Positions 1-9,045 of a stretch of 64,000 nt of DNA are shown here, one piece after another; position 1 is the first letter of the stretch, and every line of letters starts with the position of its first letter. Below the pieces are notes generated by a model that was not told the origin of the DNA, ran no database searches, and worked only from the letters and a program-made list of their open reading frames with translations. A program made the translations under genes and the position numbers. The DNA is from Pelagomonas calceolata (taxonomy: Eukaryota): NCBI GenBank assembly GCA_918797485.1, contig CAKKNE010000004.1, positions 3,472,001-3,536,000 on the forward strand, given 5' to 3'.

Positions 1-80
1 CCGGTCTAGGCACGGTGAGTTAGGCCTCCGAATCGCGCCGATCCACGTAGCGAGAAATAGGGATGTTTCAGTACAGATAC

Positions 81-1016
81 TTAAGCCCGTCGCCAACCCG
101 GCGGCTCCTCGCCGCGGCCCGCGGGCGGTCCGTAGGTCCGCTTCCAGAGCGCCCGCGCCCCGGCGGGCGTGAGCGAGACGTTCCGCGCGCGGAGGTCGCG
201 CGCGAATCGCCGGCTGACGAATATGAGGTCGTACGTGCAGTCCGCCGTCACCTCGCCGGGCCGGCACGGCGGCGGCGAGACGTCGTATTTGACGTCGAGG
301 TGGTACCATCGCGCCATCAGCGCGACGAGCGCCGCCGTGTCGTTTTTGGCGGCGCCCTCGACGCTCTCGACCTGGACGACGTCGGCGGGCGTCGCGGCCC
401 AGTCGACGGACCGGAGCACCTCGAGCTCGGCGCCCTCGACGTCGACGCTCACGTAGTCGAGGCGTTCGACGCGGCGCTCCCGCATCAGCCCCGCGACCGT
501 GTAGCAGGCGACGCTCGTCTCGCGCGCGACCTTGCCGCGGTGGCGCATCGCCTCGAGCCGCGCGGGGTCCATGTCGTCCGCGAAGCCTGAGAAGCCGCCC
601 TTCTTCGAGAAGACGAAGCGCCGCGCGCCGGCGCGCGCCGCGACCGCGCCGTGGTAGTTCCAGCACCCGGGTCGGTTCCGCACGAGCCGGTGGAACTCGT
701 CCGTCGGCTCGACGCAGAATCCCCGCCAGCCGCGCTGCTCGAACGCGTAGCTGTTCGAGTGGGCGACGCCGTCGCGGGCGCCGAATTCCAGGTAGACGCC
801 CGGCCCGGGCCGGTGCCGGAAGAACCGCTCGTAGACGTACAAATCTTGGCCGGCCTGGGACCGGAAGCGACCGCCGGGCCCGAGCGCGACGACCTTCGTT
901 GCCGGGCCGACGCCGACCGGCGCGCGCATGGCGGTGGAGCACAGGATCACGATAGCTATGACCGGAAGGACGAAACAGAGCCTGCGCCAAGCAGAGGGGC
1001 TGCCTATCGTCGGCAT
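81..1016 (-). CDS. FkbM-family SAM-dependent methyltransferase with N-terminal membrane anchor
   Basis: Motifs SQAGQD, YLEFGARDGVAHSNS, CVEP, DYVSVDVEGAELEVL. Likely start MPTIGS at 1016, followed by a hydrophobic helix; the longer track ORF extension is probably non-coding. Confidence 0.85.
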   Translation of the reverse strand: MPTIGSPSAWRRLCFVLPVIAIVILCSTAMRAPVGVGPATKVVALGPGGRFRSQAGQDLYVYERFFRHRPGPGVYLEFGARDGVAHSNSYAFEQRGWRGFCVEPTDEFHRLVRNRPGCWNYHGAVAARAGARRFVFSKKGGFSGFADDMDPARLEAMRHRGKVARETSVACYTVAGLMRERRVERLDYVSVDVEGAELEVLRSVDWAATPADVVQVESVEGAAKNDTAALVALMARWYHLDVKYDVSPPPCRPGEVTADCTYDLIFVSRRFARDLRARNVSLTPAGARALWKRTYGPPAGRGEEPPGWRRA

Positions 1017-1029
1017 CAATCCGTCTTCA

Positions 1030-1125
1030 GCCCGCTGCCCCCTGGACCAGCTGCGTACACGCAATGTGATCTCAAATCTGATCTCGGCCCGCTGCCCCCC
1101 TGGACCAGCTGCGTACACGCAATGT
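1030..1125. repeat. ~38-bp direct repeat in divergent promoter region
   Basis: gcccgctgccccc(c)tggaccagctgcgtacacgcaatgt at 1030-1067 and 1087-1125. Confidence 0.9.
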
Positions 1126-1383
1126 TCAGAGAGTGAGGTATAGAGGTATAGAGCTGAGGTACCTGAAGATAGAGTGAGTTTACGCGGGTTTTTATAGATT
1201 GAATCCGACCAATCGGGATACGGGTCCAGCACGCCGGGGCGCGGCCGGGTACGTTTGATTACAAGCGGGCAAAACCCGAACCGGCTGCTGCCATCTCGAT
1301 CTCGACCTGAGAGCAAAATCGAGAACCCGAATGGCTTTGTGATCGCTGCCCCTCGTGGGGCATTGCGTGCATCGCGCAGGACG

Positions 1384-2877
1384 ATGCGGTTGTTGTTGAT
1401 GGCGTGGTGGGTCGCGAGGCCCGTCGCCTCGGCAGCGACGGCGTGCCTGTACGCGCACGGCGACGCGTCGCGCCGGCCGCGCACCTGCGTCGACGTGCGC
1501 GCCCTCTCGCGCCAATCGCCCGCACGCTGCGCGACGCGGTCGCTGCGGCACCAGGTCTGCGCGCACGCGGACGGCGAGCTGGTGCAGCCGTTCTTCGTCC
1601 ACGCGGCGACGGCGGGGGGAAACGCGTCGAGTCCGGGCCCTCCCACCGAGTACGTCGTCGAACACGGCGTCTGCCGCGCGGCCGCGCGCGGCGCGGCCGA
1701 CGCCGTGGGCGCGGCGGCGGGGGCGCACGAGTGCGCCGCCCGGTGCGCGGCGCGGCTCCTCGCCGCCGGATGTCGCGCCTGGAGCTTCGCGAACCGCAGC
1801 TGCGCACTCTTCTACGACCGCGGCGCGCCGCGAAGCGTCGAGAGGAGCCACGACGCGCGCTGCGCGAGCGGCGAGGTCGACGCTCCCGTCCGCGTCGTCC
1901 GCGACGCCGTCGTGTCGCACTACGGGACGCACGTCTGCCCCTGCCGCGACCTCGGCGCGCCGTGCGTCGTCACGACGCTCGCGTGCGGCGCGGACGCCGA
2001 CGAGCCGCTGTCGACGGACGCGGCGCTCCGGCGGGCGCGCTGCGCGGCGCCGAGGTCCGACGCCGCCGTCGTGTCCATCGCGCAGCAGTTCGGCGCGGCG
2101 ACCTACCACTTCCTCGTCGAGGACCTCGGCCGCTGGCTCGTCGCGCGCGGCGCGGTGCCGCATCACGCGCGCGTCCGCGTCGCCGCGCCGGAGCACCCGG
2201 GACGCGCGCGCCGCGAGCGGAACTGGTGGCAGCGGGCCATCCACGGCGACCGCGACCCGCTCCGCAACCGACCGCAAATCGTCGAGCTCCTGCGGCTGAC
2301 CGGCGTCGGCCGCGCCCGGATCGAGACGGGGCCGGGCCCGTTTCGGCTCGTCTACGCTCCGGCGCAGTCGCCCTGCGAAGGGCCGACGATCCACCACCTC
2401 CTCGCGCTGCGCGCCGCGCTGCGGGCGGCGGCGCCCACCGCGGCGAAGCCACGCGTCGTCGTCGTCCGGCGCGCGGCGACGCGCGCGCTCTCGAACCACG
2501 ACGCGCTCGTCGCCGCGCTCGTCGGCGCGGGCATTGACGTGGCGGTCTACGACGACCGCCCGCTCCCCCAGCACGAGATCCTCGCGCTCTTTGCCACCGC
2601 GCGCGCCGTCGTCGCGCCGCACGGCGCCGGCCTCGCAAACATCGTCGTCGCGCCGCGACGCGCGATTGTCGTGGAGATCCGCGACGCGCGCCACTCCCGC
2701 TGCTTCCAGTACCTCGCCGAAGCGCTCGGCCTGCGATGGGAGGGCCTCGCGTCCGTCGCCGCGCCCGCGGCGGACTTCATGGCCGCGCCGCTCGTCGCGC
2801 CCGTGGCCGCCGTCGTCCGGTTAGTCGTCCGCGCGGCGAACGCGACACTGGACGCGGTTGTATCTAAAAGAATATGA
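1384..2877 (+). CDS. GT61 (DUF563)-like glycosyltransferase with Cys-rich PAN/apple-like segment
   Basis: Signal-like MRLLLMAWW; YHFLVE; RALSNHDAL; LFATARAVVAPHGAGLANIV...VVEI; ECAARC...CRAWSF...C. Confidence 0.8.
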   Translation: MRLLLMAWWVARPVASAATACLYAHGDASRRPRTCVDVRALSRQSPARCATRSLRHQVCAHADGELVQPFFVHAATAGGNASSPGPPTEYVVEHGVCRAAARGAADAVGAAAGAHECAARCAARLLAAGCRAWSFANRSCALFYDRGAPRSVERSHDARCASGEVDAPVRVVRDAVVSHYGTHVCPCRDLGAPCVVTTLACGADADEPLSTDAALRRARCAAPRSDAAVVSIAQQFGAATYHFLVEDLGRWLVARGAVPHHARVRVAAPEHPGRARRERNWWQRAIHGDRDPLRNRPQIVELLRLTGVGRARIETGPGPFRLVYAPAQSPCEGPTIHHLLALRAALRAAAPTAAKPRVVVVRRAATRALSNHDALVAALVGAGIDVAVYDDRPLPQHEILALFATARAVVAPHGAGLANIVVAPRRAIVVEIRDARHSRCFQYLAEALGLRWEGLASVAAPAADFMAAPLVAPVAAVVRLVVRAANATLDAVVSKRI

Positions 2878-2886
2878 CTCGGACAT

Positions 2887-3978
2887 TTAATTAGGGGGTG
2901 TCGTCAGCCTCTTCCATATTGTCGCGATCCAGGGGCGTGGTCGTCGTCTGACCTTGTCGGGCGGCACGACGAACGAGCCGAGCCGGCCGTCGGCGAGGCG
3001 ACCGAGGTGCCCCCAGAGCGCGTCCACGTCGATCGTGAAGTTCGCATCATGTTCGCCGTGTCTGGGGCAACTCGACCGAACGGCGGGGAAGTACGAGTAG
3101 GTGAGGTTAAGCTCGGTGAAGAAAGCTGGTATCTGCTCGAGCCAGCCGGTGCCGCGGCTCGGGCAGGCCATCTCGACGACGACCGTCCCGGGCCCGGCGC
3201 ACACGAGGTTGGCCATGTGGCCGCCGTGGGCGGCGAGGATGAAATCGGACTCGTGGAAGAGGGCGCACTGACGCCAGGGCGGGAGGCGGCCGAGGTCGTG
3301 GGGCTGCGCGACGACGGCGCCGAAGCGGCGCGCGCGCGCGACGAAGGTTCCGGCGTTGAGCCAGGCTCGCCGCCGCGTCGAGGCGTGGGCGTAGACGAGC
3401 GCGCGCGGCCTCGACCCATCTCGCCGCTGGTCGCGGACGAGCGCGGCTCGGAGCCGGCCGCTGAAGCCGGCGGGGGGCGCGGACCGAAACCGCGCGATCT
3501 CGGGCACGACGAGGCCGCCCGCGAAGCAGAGGCACCCGTCGTCGGCCCGGAGCTCGACGGCCGCCTGGGCCGTCGTCCGGTTGCCCAGGTAGGCTCGCCG
3601 CAGGACCCACCCGAGCCAGGTCCGGTTGAGGCTCGCGTCCATCGGGACGAAGACCTTGTGCGTCCGGCCGAGCCGCACCCCCTCCCCGAGCGCCTCGACG
3701 GACCACAACACGTCCATCAACTGGTGCACCGGATTCGTCGGGGGCGCGGTCAGTAGCACGGTCGGCGCGTGCACCGTCCGGCACGTCCGCCGTCCTCCGG
3801 CGATCCGCCGCAGCCACATCGTACCGTCCGCCGCGGCGCCGTCCCCGCGCCCGTCCTGGAAAAAGTAGTCCTGCCCCTCGCTGTCCGTCCGCGGGACGAT
3901 GCACGCGCCCCTCCACGTCGTGCCCACCACCACCCGGGCCGAGAGCGCGGCAAGGCTGAAGGACCACCACCCCATCAT
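2887..3978 (-). CDS. GT61-like glycosyltransferase
   Basis: Signal peptide; NPVHQLMD; RRAWLNA; QCALFHESDFILAAHGGHMANLVC...VVVEM. Confidence 0.8.
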   Translation of the reverse strand: MMGWWSFSLAALSARVVVGTTWRGACIVPRTDSEGQDYFFQDGRGDGAAADGTMWLRRIAGGRRTCRTVHAPTVLLTAPPTNPVHQLMDVLWSVEALGEGVRLGRTHKVFVPMDASLNRTWLGWVLRRAYLGNRTTAQAAVELRADDGCLCFAGGLVVPEIARFRSAPPAGFSGRLRAALVRDQRRDGSRPRALVYAHASTRRRAWLNAGTFVARARRFGAVVAQPHDLGRLPPWRQCALFHESDFILAAHGGHMANLVCAGPGTVVVEMACPSRGTGWLEQIPAFFTELNLTYSYFPAVRSSCPRHGEHDANFTIDVDALWGHLGRLADGRLGSFVVPPDKVRRRPRPWIATIWKRLTTPPN

Positions 3979-4112
3979 CGATTATCTATTGATTACTGGT
4001 GTCCGCCGGGTGCTGCCCCAAGTCATCTCACGCGAAGGGACAGCCGCACCCGCGTGCGGTCCAACTATTGATCTTGCATGACGCCATGGACGCCAGTGCC
4101 CTGGGCTATAGC

Positions 4113-4135
4113 CTAGTATGTCTAAGGCCGCTAGC
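4113..4135 (+). promoter_or_regulatory. CTAG-bounded upstream motif (variant)
   Basis: ctagtatgtctaaggccgctagc between divergent genes. Confidence 0.55.
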
Positions 4136-4283
4136 AAACAGGACAGGAAAAAAGGGGGGGTAAGAGGCCCTGTCCGTGTTGGCGGGGATTCTCTGACTTG
4201 ACATCATCAAAAAAAAGGCCGCAGCGGGAGGCCAGGTTGCTTCCAGCGCATAAAAAGCGCTCCCAGACGAGCTGTGGCTCCCA

Positions 4284-5378
4284 ATGCAAGGCGCGGATGC
4301 AGAGCGGCGCGAGGCAGGCGAGCGCCTCGCCATCCAGACCTATTTCGTGGTCGCCATCCTCGTGGTGGCCGTACCGCTCGCGACCTACCATGAATACGTC
4401 GCGCGCGGCGCGGGCGCGGGGCTGCTGTCGCCGACGGACGCGGCGAGGACGCGAGCGGACATCGCCGCGCGGCTCGAGGGCTTCGGGCGACCGCCGCGGC
4501 GGGCGGCGCGGCCCGTCGCCGGCGCGTACAGCGTCGAGGTCGTCTCGGTGAACGGCGCGGCCGTCGACGCCGACGCGACGCTCGGCGCGCTCGTGCGCGC
4601 GGTCGACGCGCGCGCCGGCGTCCGCGCGGCGCTCTCGACGCGCGAGCTCTTCGTCGACGCGGCGCTCGCGCACGGCGGCCGCGAGCGCTACGCGCTGGAC
4701 ACCGTCCGGGTCCTCCTCGCCGAGGCGCGGCGCGCGCGGCACGCCGTCGAGGCGCCGTTCCGCGGACGCCACCGGACTTTGCGGTTCGTCGCGATCCCCG
4801 CCGCGCCGGGGGCGACCATCGAAGGCAACGGAACCGCGGTGATCGCCGCAGCGCGCGGCGCAGCGGCGGACCCGGGCGGCGCGGCCCTCGTGCACGCCGG
4901 GGCCGGCGGCGCCGACGCGTTCCTCCGCCTCGCCGCGTCGCGGCTGCGCGCGGAGTGGGGCCTCGGAGCGGGGGCCGCGGACGCCTTCCGCCTCGCCGAC
5001 GCCGAGGCCGACGCGCTGGCGGTCGCCGCCGCCGAGGCGGCGCTCGCCGACGCGTTCGACCGCCTCGACGACCTCCGCGCCGTCGGCCCGCTCGCGCGGC
5101 CGTCCGACGCGCCGGCCGTCGCGGCGCGGCTCCTGGAGGCCGCCCGGACTGCGCGCGACGCGCGCGCGGCCGCGACGGCCCTCCGCGGCGCCGCGGACGC
5201 GCTCGACGCCGCGCTCGACGACCCGGCCCTCGCGCTGCCCGCGCGCATGCCCATCGAGCACCTCGCCGCCGTGTACGCGCCGATCGTCGCGCCGCTCGTG
5301 GCGCCGCTCGTCATGGGCTGCGCCAAGGAGACGCGGCGGTACCGAGCGACTGCGCGCGGCGGCGCCAAGGAAGACTGA
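4284..5378 (+). CDS. GPI transamidase component PIG-S-like protein
   Basis: N-terminal TM (YFVVAILVVAVPL) and a C-terminal DDPALALPARMPIEHLAAVYAPIVAPLVAPLV..KE resembling the PIG-S C-terminus. Confidence 0.6.
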   Translation: MQGADAERREAGERLAIQTYFVVAILVVAVPLATYHEYVARGAGAGLLSPTDAARTRADIAARLEGFGRPPRRAARPVAGAYSVEVVSVNGAAVDADATLGALVRAVDARAGVRAALSTRELFVDAALAHGGRERYALDTVRVLLAEARRARHAVEAPFRGRHRTLRFVAIPAAPGATIEGNGTAVIAAARGAAADPGGAALVHAGAGGADAFLRLAASRLRAEWGLGAGAADAFRLADAEADALAVAAAEAALADAFDRLDDLRAVGPLARPSDAPAVAARLLEAARTARDARAAATALRGAADALDAALDDPALALPARMPIEHLAAVYAPIVAPLVAPLVMGCAKETRRYRATARGGAKED

Positions 5379-5649
5379 TGTGTAACCCGAGGGCTTGTTT
5401 GCTTTGCTTAGAGCTAGGCCGCCTAGCAACCAGTGGCACCACGACCCTGACGACACAGCTTGACGTTGACACGACCATCTCACGACTTGTTATTTTCTGT
5501 ACGAGCTTGTAGGAGCTTGTAGAGGTGCTTCGGCCGGAAATCTGGTCGCCGCGGTGCACGATGCAGCACCAGGCAGCACCAAGTGCAAAAGAAAGCCTGA
5601 AAATGATCGACCGGGGCTGCCATGAGGCCGCGCGTCCTCTGGGGCTGCC

Positions 5650-7436
5650 ATGAGGCCGCGCGTCCTCTGCTTGTGCGGCCTCCTCGGAGCAGGATGCAGC
5701 CTCACCATCTATCCGCCGGCGCCGGGCGACGAGGTCGACGCCACTGCTCATTTATCGATCGACGGCCGAGAGCTGCCGCTCGTCGTCGAGCCCGGCTCCG
5801 GGAAGCGCTGCGACGGGCACCCGGCGCTCCCGTCCAGCCGCGCGCGCTTCGCGAGCGACGGGACCACGCGCGCCATCCTCAGCCTCGGCGCGACGCGCGG
5901 CGCGAGGCTGCGCGCCGTGGGAAGAGACGTGCGAGTCGACGCGACGAACGGCTCCTTGGCGTTCGTGCTCGACCGGCCGGACCACTACGTGCTGCGCGTC
6001 GCCGGCCGCCGGTTCTACTTCTGGGTCGACCCGCTCGCGGCGCTGGCGCGGCCCGCGGGCGCGGCGTCGTACGACGCGGAGCGGCGCCCCGGCGACTGGC
6101 TCGCGCGGGCCCTCGACGCCGGCCCCGTGGCCCTCGAGGCGGGCCTCCACCGCTCGCCCGCGTTCCTGATACCATCCCGCGGCGAGCTGCACCTCGCCCC
6201 GGGCGCGGTCCTGCGCTACGACGGGAGTGGCGGCGGCGCCGGCTTCGTCACCGTGCGAGGGGAGAACGTCACCGTCGGCGGCGTCGGAACGATAGACGCG
6301 TCGGACTTCGGGCCGGGGCACAACCTCCTCCTGGACGGGGCCACGCACGTCCGCGTCCTCGACGTCTTCTTTACGAAGAGCAGATGGTGGGCGCTGCGCA
6401 TTCGCGACTGCGACGACGTGGCGCTCGACCGCGTCAAGGTCTTTAGCGGCACCGACGGCGTCGACGTCGACGCGTCGCGCGACGTGCGCATCGGTCGGGC
6501 CTTCGTGCACGCCTGGGACGACGCCATCGCGATCAAGGCCACGGTCGCCGCGGAGGCGCGGGGCGTCCTCGCGGAGCACTGCCTCGTGTCGAGCCGGAAG
6601 TCCGCCTTTAAAATAGGCACGGAGACGCTCGGGGACATCCGGGACGTCACCGTCCGCCGCTGCGACGCCTTCGAGACGGCGCGCGGCGTCTTGATGGTGG
6701 GCAAGGACGGCGGCCGCATAGGAGACGTTCTCTTCGAGGACCTCTCGATTCAGCTGCGCGCGTACGCGGACGAGCCCAAGGCGGGGCGACCCATCGTCGT
6801 GGAGCTCATGCGCCGGCTCGGCAGCTCGCGGTTCCGAACTGTGTGGAAATCAAAATTTCACGGCGCCGTCGTGCTGAATCGTCCCGTCGTCCTCCACGCC
6901 ATCGACGCGATGCCTGCTCGATGGCGTGGCGATGCCGGTTCCTCACCGCTCGACCGAACCAGGTCGGCCGCGTCAAGTGCACCCGGCGCACTGGTTGATT
7001 TCCACACAGGTTCCGAAACGTGGTCTTCCGAAGAGTGCGGAGCGATCTGCGCGCGCCGCTCTATTTCGGAGGCAACGCGCGGACCGCGCTCTCCGGGATC
7101 CGGCTCGTCGACGTCGAACTGGCCGTGGCCGCCGCGCCGTCGCCGACGAGATCGTTCCTCGCGGAGTGCTCCGAGGTCGCGCCGCGGGGCGTCGCGAGCG
7201 AAAACCTCACGGTCCGCTGGAACGGCTTCCGCAGAGCGTGGGCGGGCGTCTCCGATCGCGGCGGCGGCGCGGACTGCGGGTCGCTCTGGGTGGCGACCGT
7301 CCACACGGCCGTCGAAACCTGGCGCCGAAGCGGCGTCGCGCCGGCGCTGCGGCGGCGCTTCGGACGCGACGACGCCGCGAAGCGGAAGTCCGCGCGCGCG
7401 GAAATGGCCTCTCGCGTGCGCGAGGGGGCGAGTTAG
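5650..7436 (+). CDS. Secreted GH28-like/pectin-lyase-fold glycoside hydrolase; exons 5650-6830, 7010-7436
   Basis: Signal peptide; GTDGVDV, WDDAIAIK, AFKIGTE. Removing intron 6831-7009 joins ORF 5650 to the frame of ORF 7020-7436 (SSRFRNVVFRRV). Confidence 0.8.
6831..7009 (+). mobile_element. Introner intron (GT-AG, 179 nt)
   Basis: TSD gttccgaa at 6831-6838 and 7010-7017 (perfect); TIRs ctgtgtggaaatcaa / ttgatttccacacag. Confidence 0.95.
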
Positions 7437-7617
7437 TGTGTTTTTGTGTACTCCATTCCTCCACCTTGATCCCTGATCCCAGAGTTCACGAGAGAGTGAG
7501 AGTCGCTGTTTATTTTCGTAGGAGCCGCGTCGGCCGGAAAATCCGAGTGCGCTGGAGCGAATAGAAATTCCTCTGAGTAAACTTCATACAACGCCGCGCT
7601 TCGGAAATCCCGCGTGG

Positions 7618-7640
7618 GCTAGCGGTCTGTAAGATACTAG
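7618..7640 (-). promoter_or_regulatory. CTAG-bounded upstream motif
   Basis: Reverse complement ctagtatcttacagaccgctagc, ~60 bp before ATG 7702. Confidence 0.7.
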
Positions 7641-7701
7641 GGATGCCTAGCAAGCAATGCACAAGCATTATGGACATGATTGGCTGCCGCACTGAACTAA
7701 C

Positions 7702-9025
7702 ATGAAGCCATCACCCCCCAGCAGCCGACTGCCGCGGTGGGCGACAGGCGCCGGGCTGCTCGTGCTGCTGCCCGTCGCGGGCTGGGCCCTGGGGCGGCGC
7801 TTTGCACAAGCCCGCTGCTCGGAGACGGCCACGCTGCTCGGGTCCGACCCGCGGCTGGCAAAGCACGCTGCGCAGACACGCGAGGCGAGGGGCGAGGCCG
7901 TGTTCCCGCTGGCGTGGCCGGCGCGGGCCAAGATGCATAAAAGAGAGCCGGAGCCACTTTACAACGCACCGAACCCGACGCAGCGCGTCGCTTTCGTCGT
8001 CGCGGGCGGCCTGCGGACCTTCGCGAACGCCAACGCGCATAGATCGCTCTTCTGGCACGGGCTGCGCGCCCTCGGCGGTTCCGTCGAGGCCATCTTCGTG
8101 GTGTCGACGGACCACGGTTGGCACTCCGACGGCCGCGACTTCCTGCGTCGCTCGCACCACGCGGACCGCGCGAAAATACGAGACGCGATCGCTGCGTTTG
8201 ATCCCGTCCACGTCGAGGTCCACTCGAACGCCGACTGTTCGAACGAGACGATCGCCCGCCGGATCGCGTGCTGCCCCGCCGGTAACCCAGACTCCAGAGT
8301 CCCCCAGACGTACCCCAGGCTCCAGGCGTACTGGCTCGCCGCGTCACTCGACGTCGTCCGGGCGCGCGAGCGCGCGGTCGGGCGCCCGTACGACTGGGTC
8401 GCCAGCATACGACCCGACCTCGTCCTGTTGGAGCCGCTGCCGGTCCTCGCGAACCTTGCGCCCACGCGGCTCTATGTGGCCGCGAAGACCTTTACGACGT
8501 CCAACATCTGGGACGTGTTCTTCAGTGCGGAAATCAACCAGTGCGTCGGGCCGGCCTGGAGGTATTATTTACTATTCTGGCCGCCTCGACGCAGCGCGAG
8601 AGTGCTTGGCGTCCTCGCACGAGGCGTCTTAGGCTTACTCACCCGAACGTTTGATTTCCGCACAGGTGCTCTTCCTCGTGCCGCGCGCGCTTGTCGCCGA
8701 CTTTGGCGCGAGCTTCGCGGCGGTGCGCGACGCGTGCCACTCCGAGGCGCTCGAGACCCAGCTCCGGGACGAGTGGCGAACGAGGGGTGTGCCCTACCAG
8801 GCGTACCCGTTCGCGGCGACGCTCCTGCGGAACGAGGGCCACCTCGACTGCGGGTACTTCCGACACACCGCGCTCGACCTCTTCGGGTCGTCGCGCGGGC
8901 GCGCCGGCGGGGCAGCCGTCGACCACGAACAGTGGTGCGGCGAAATCTCCGGCCGCATCTCCGGCGGCGCCGCCCTCTTCCCGCCTGTGAACTGGACGCG
9001 GACGACTAAAACAAAGCCAAGCTAG
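7702..9025 (+). CDS. Type II membrane protein, possibly glycosyltransferase-like; exons 7702-8514, 8666-9025
   Basis: N-terminal TM; RVAFVVAGGLRTF and YDWVASIRPDL motifs. Splicing gives IWDVLFLVPR. Confidence 0.65.
8515..8665 (+). mobile_element. Introner intron (GT-AG, 151 nt)
   Basis: TSD gtgttctt (8515-8522) / gtgctctt (8666-8673); TIRs cagtgcggaaatcaa / ttgatttccgcacag. Confidence 0.92.
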
Positions 9026-9045
9026 AAAATAAAAGACTTTCAAGT

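Noticed and set aside
1192..2694. Many long overlapping Arg/Ala/Pro-rich ORFs here and throughout the window
   Set aside because: Shadow frames caused by very high GC and GC3 bias opposite real genes; no recognisable motifs.
6831..7009. Frame breaks read as pseudogenes or programmed frameshifts
   Set aside because: The frame breaks I examined are explained by introns with GT/GC-AG ends that restore the protein.
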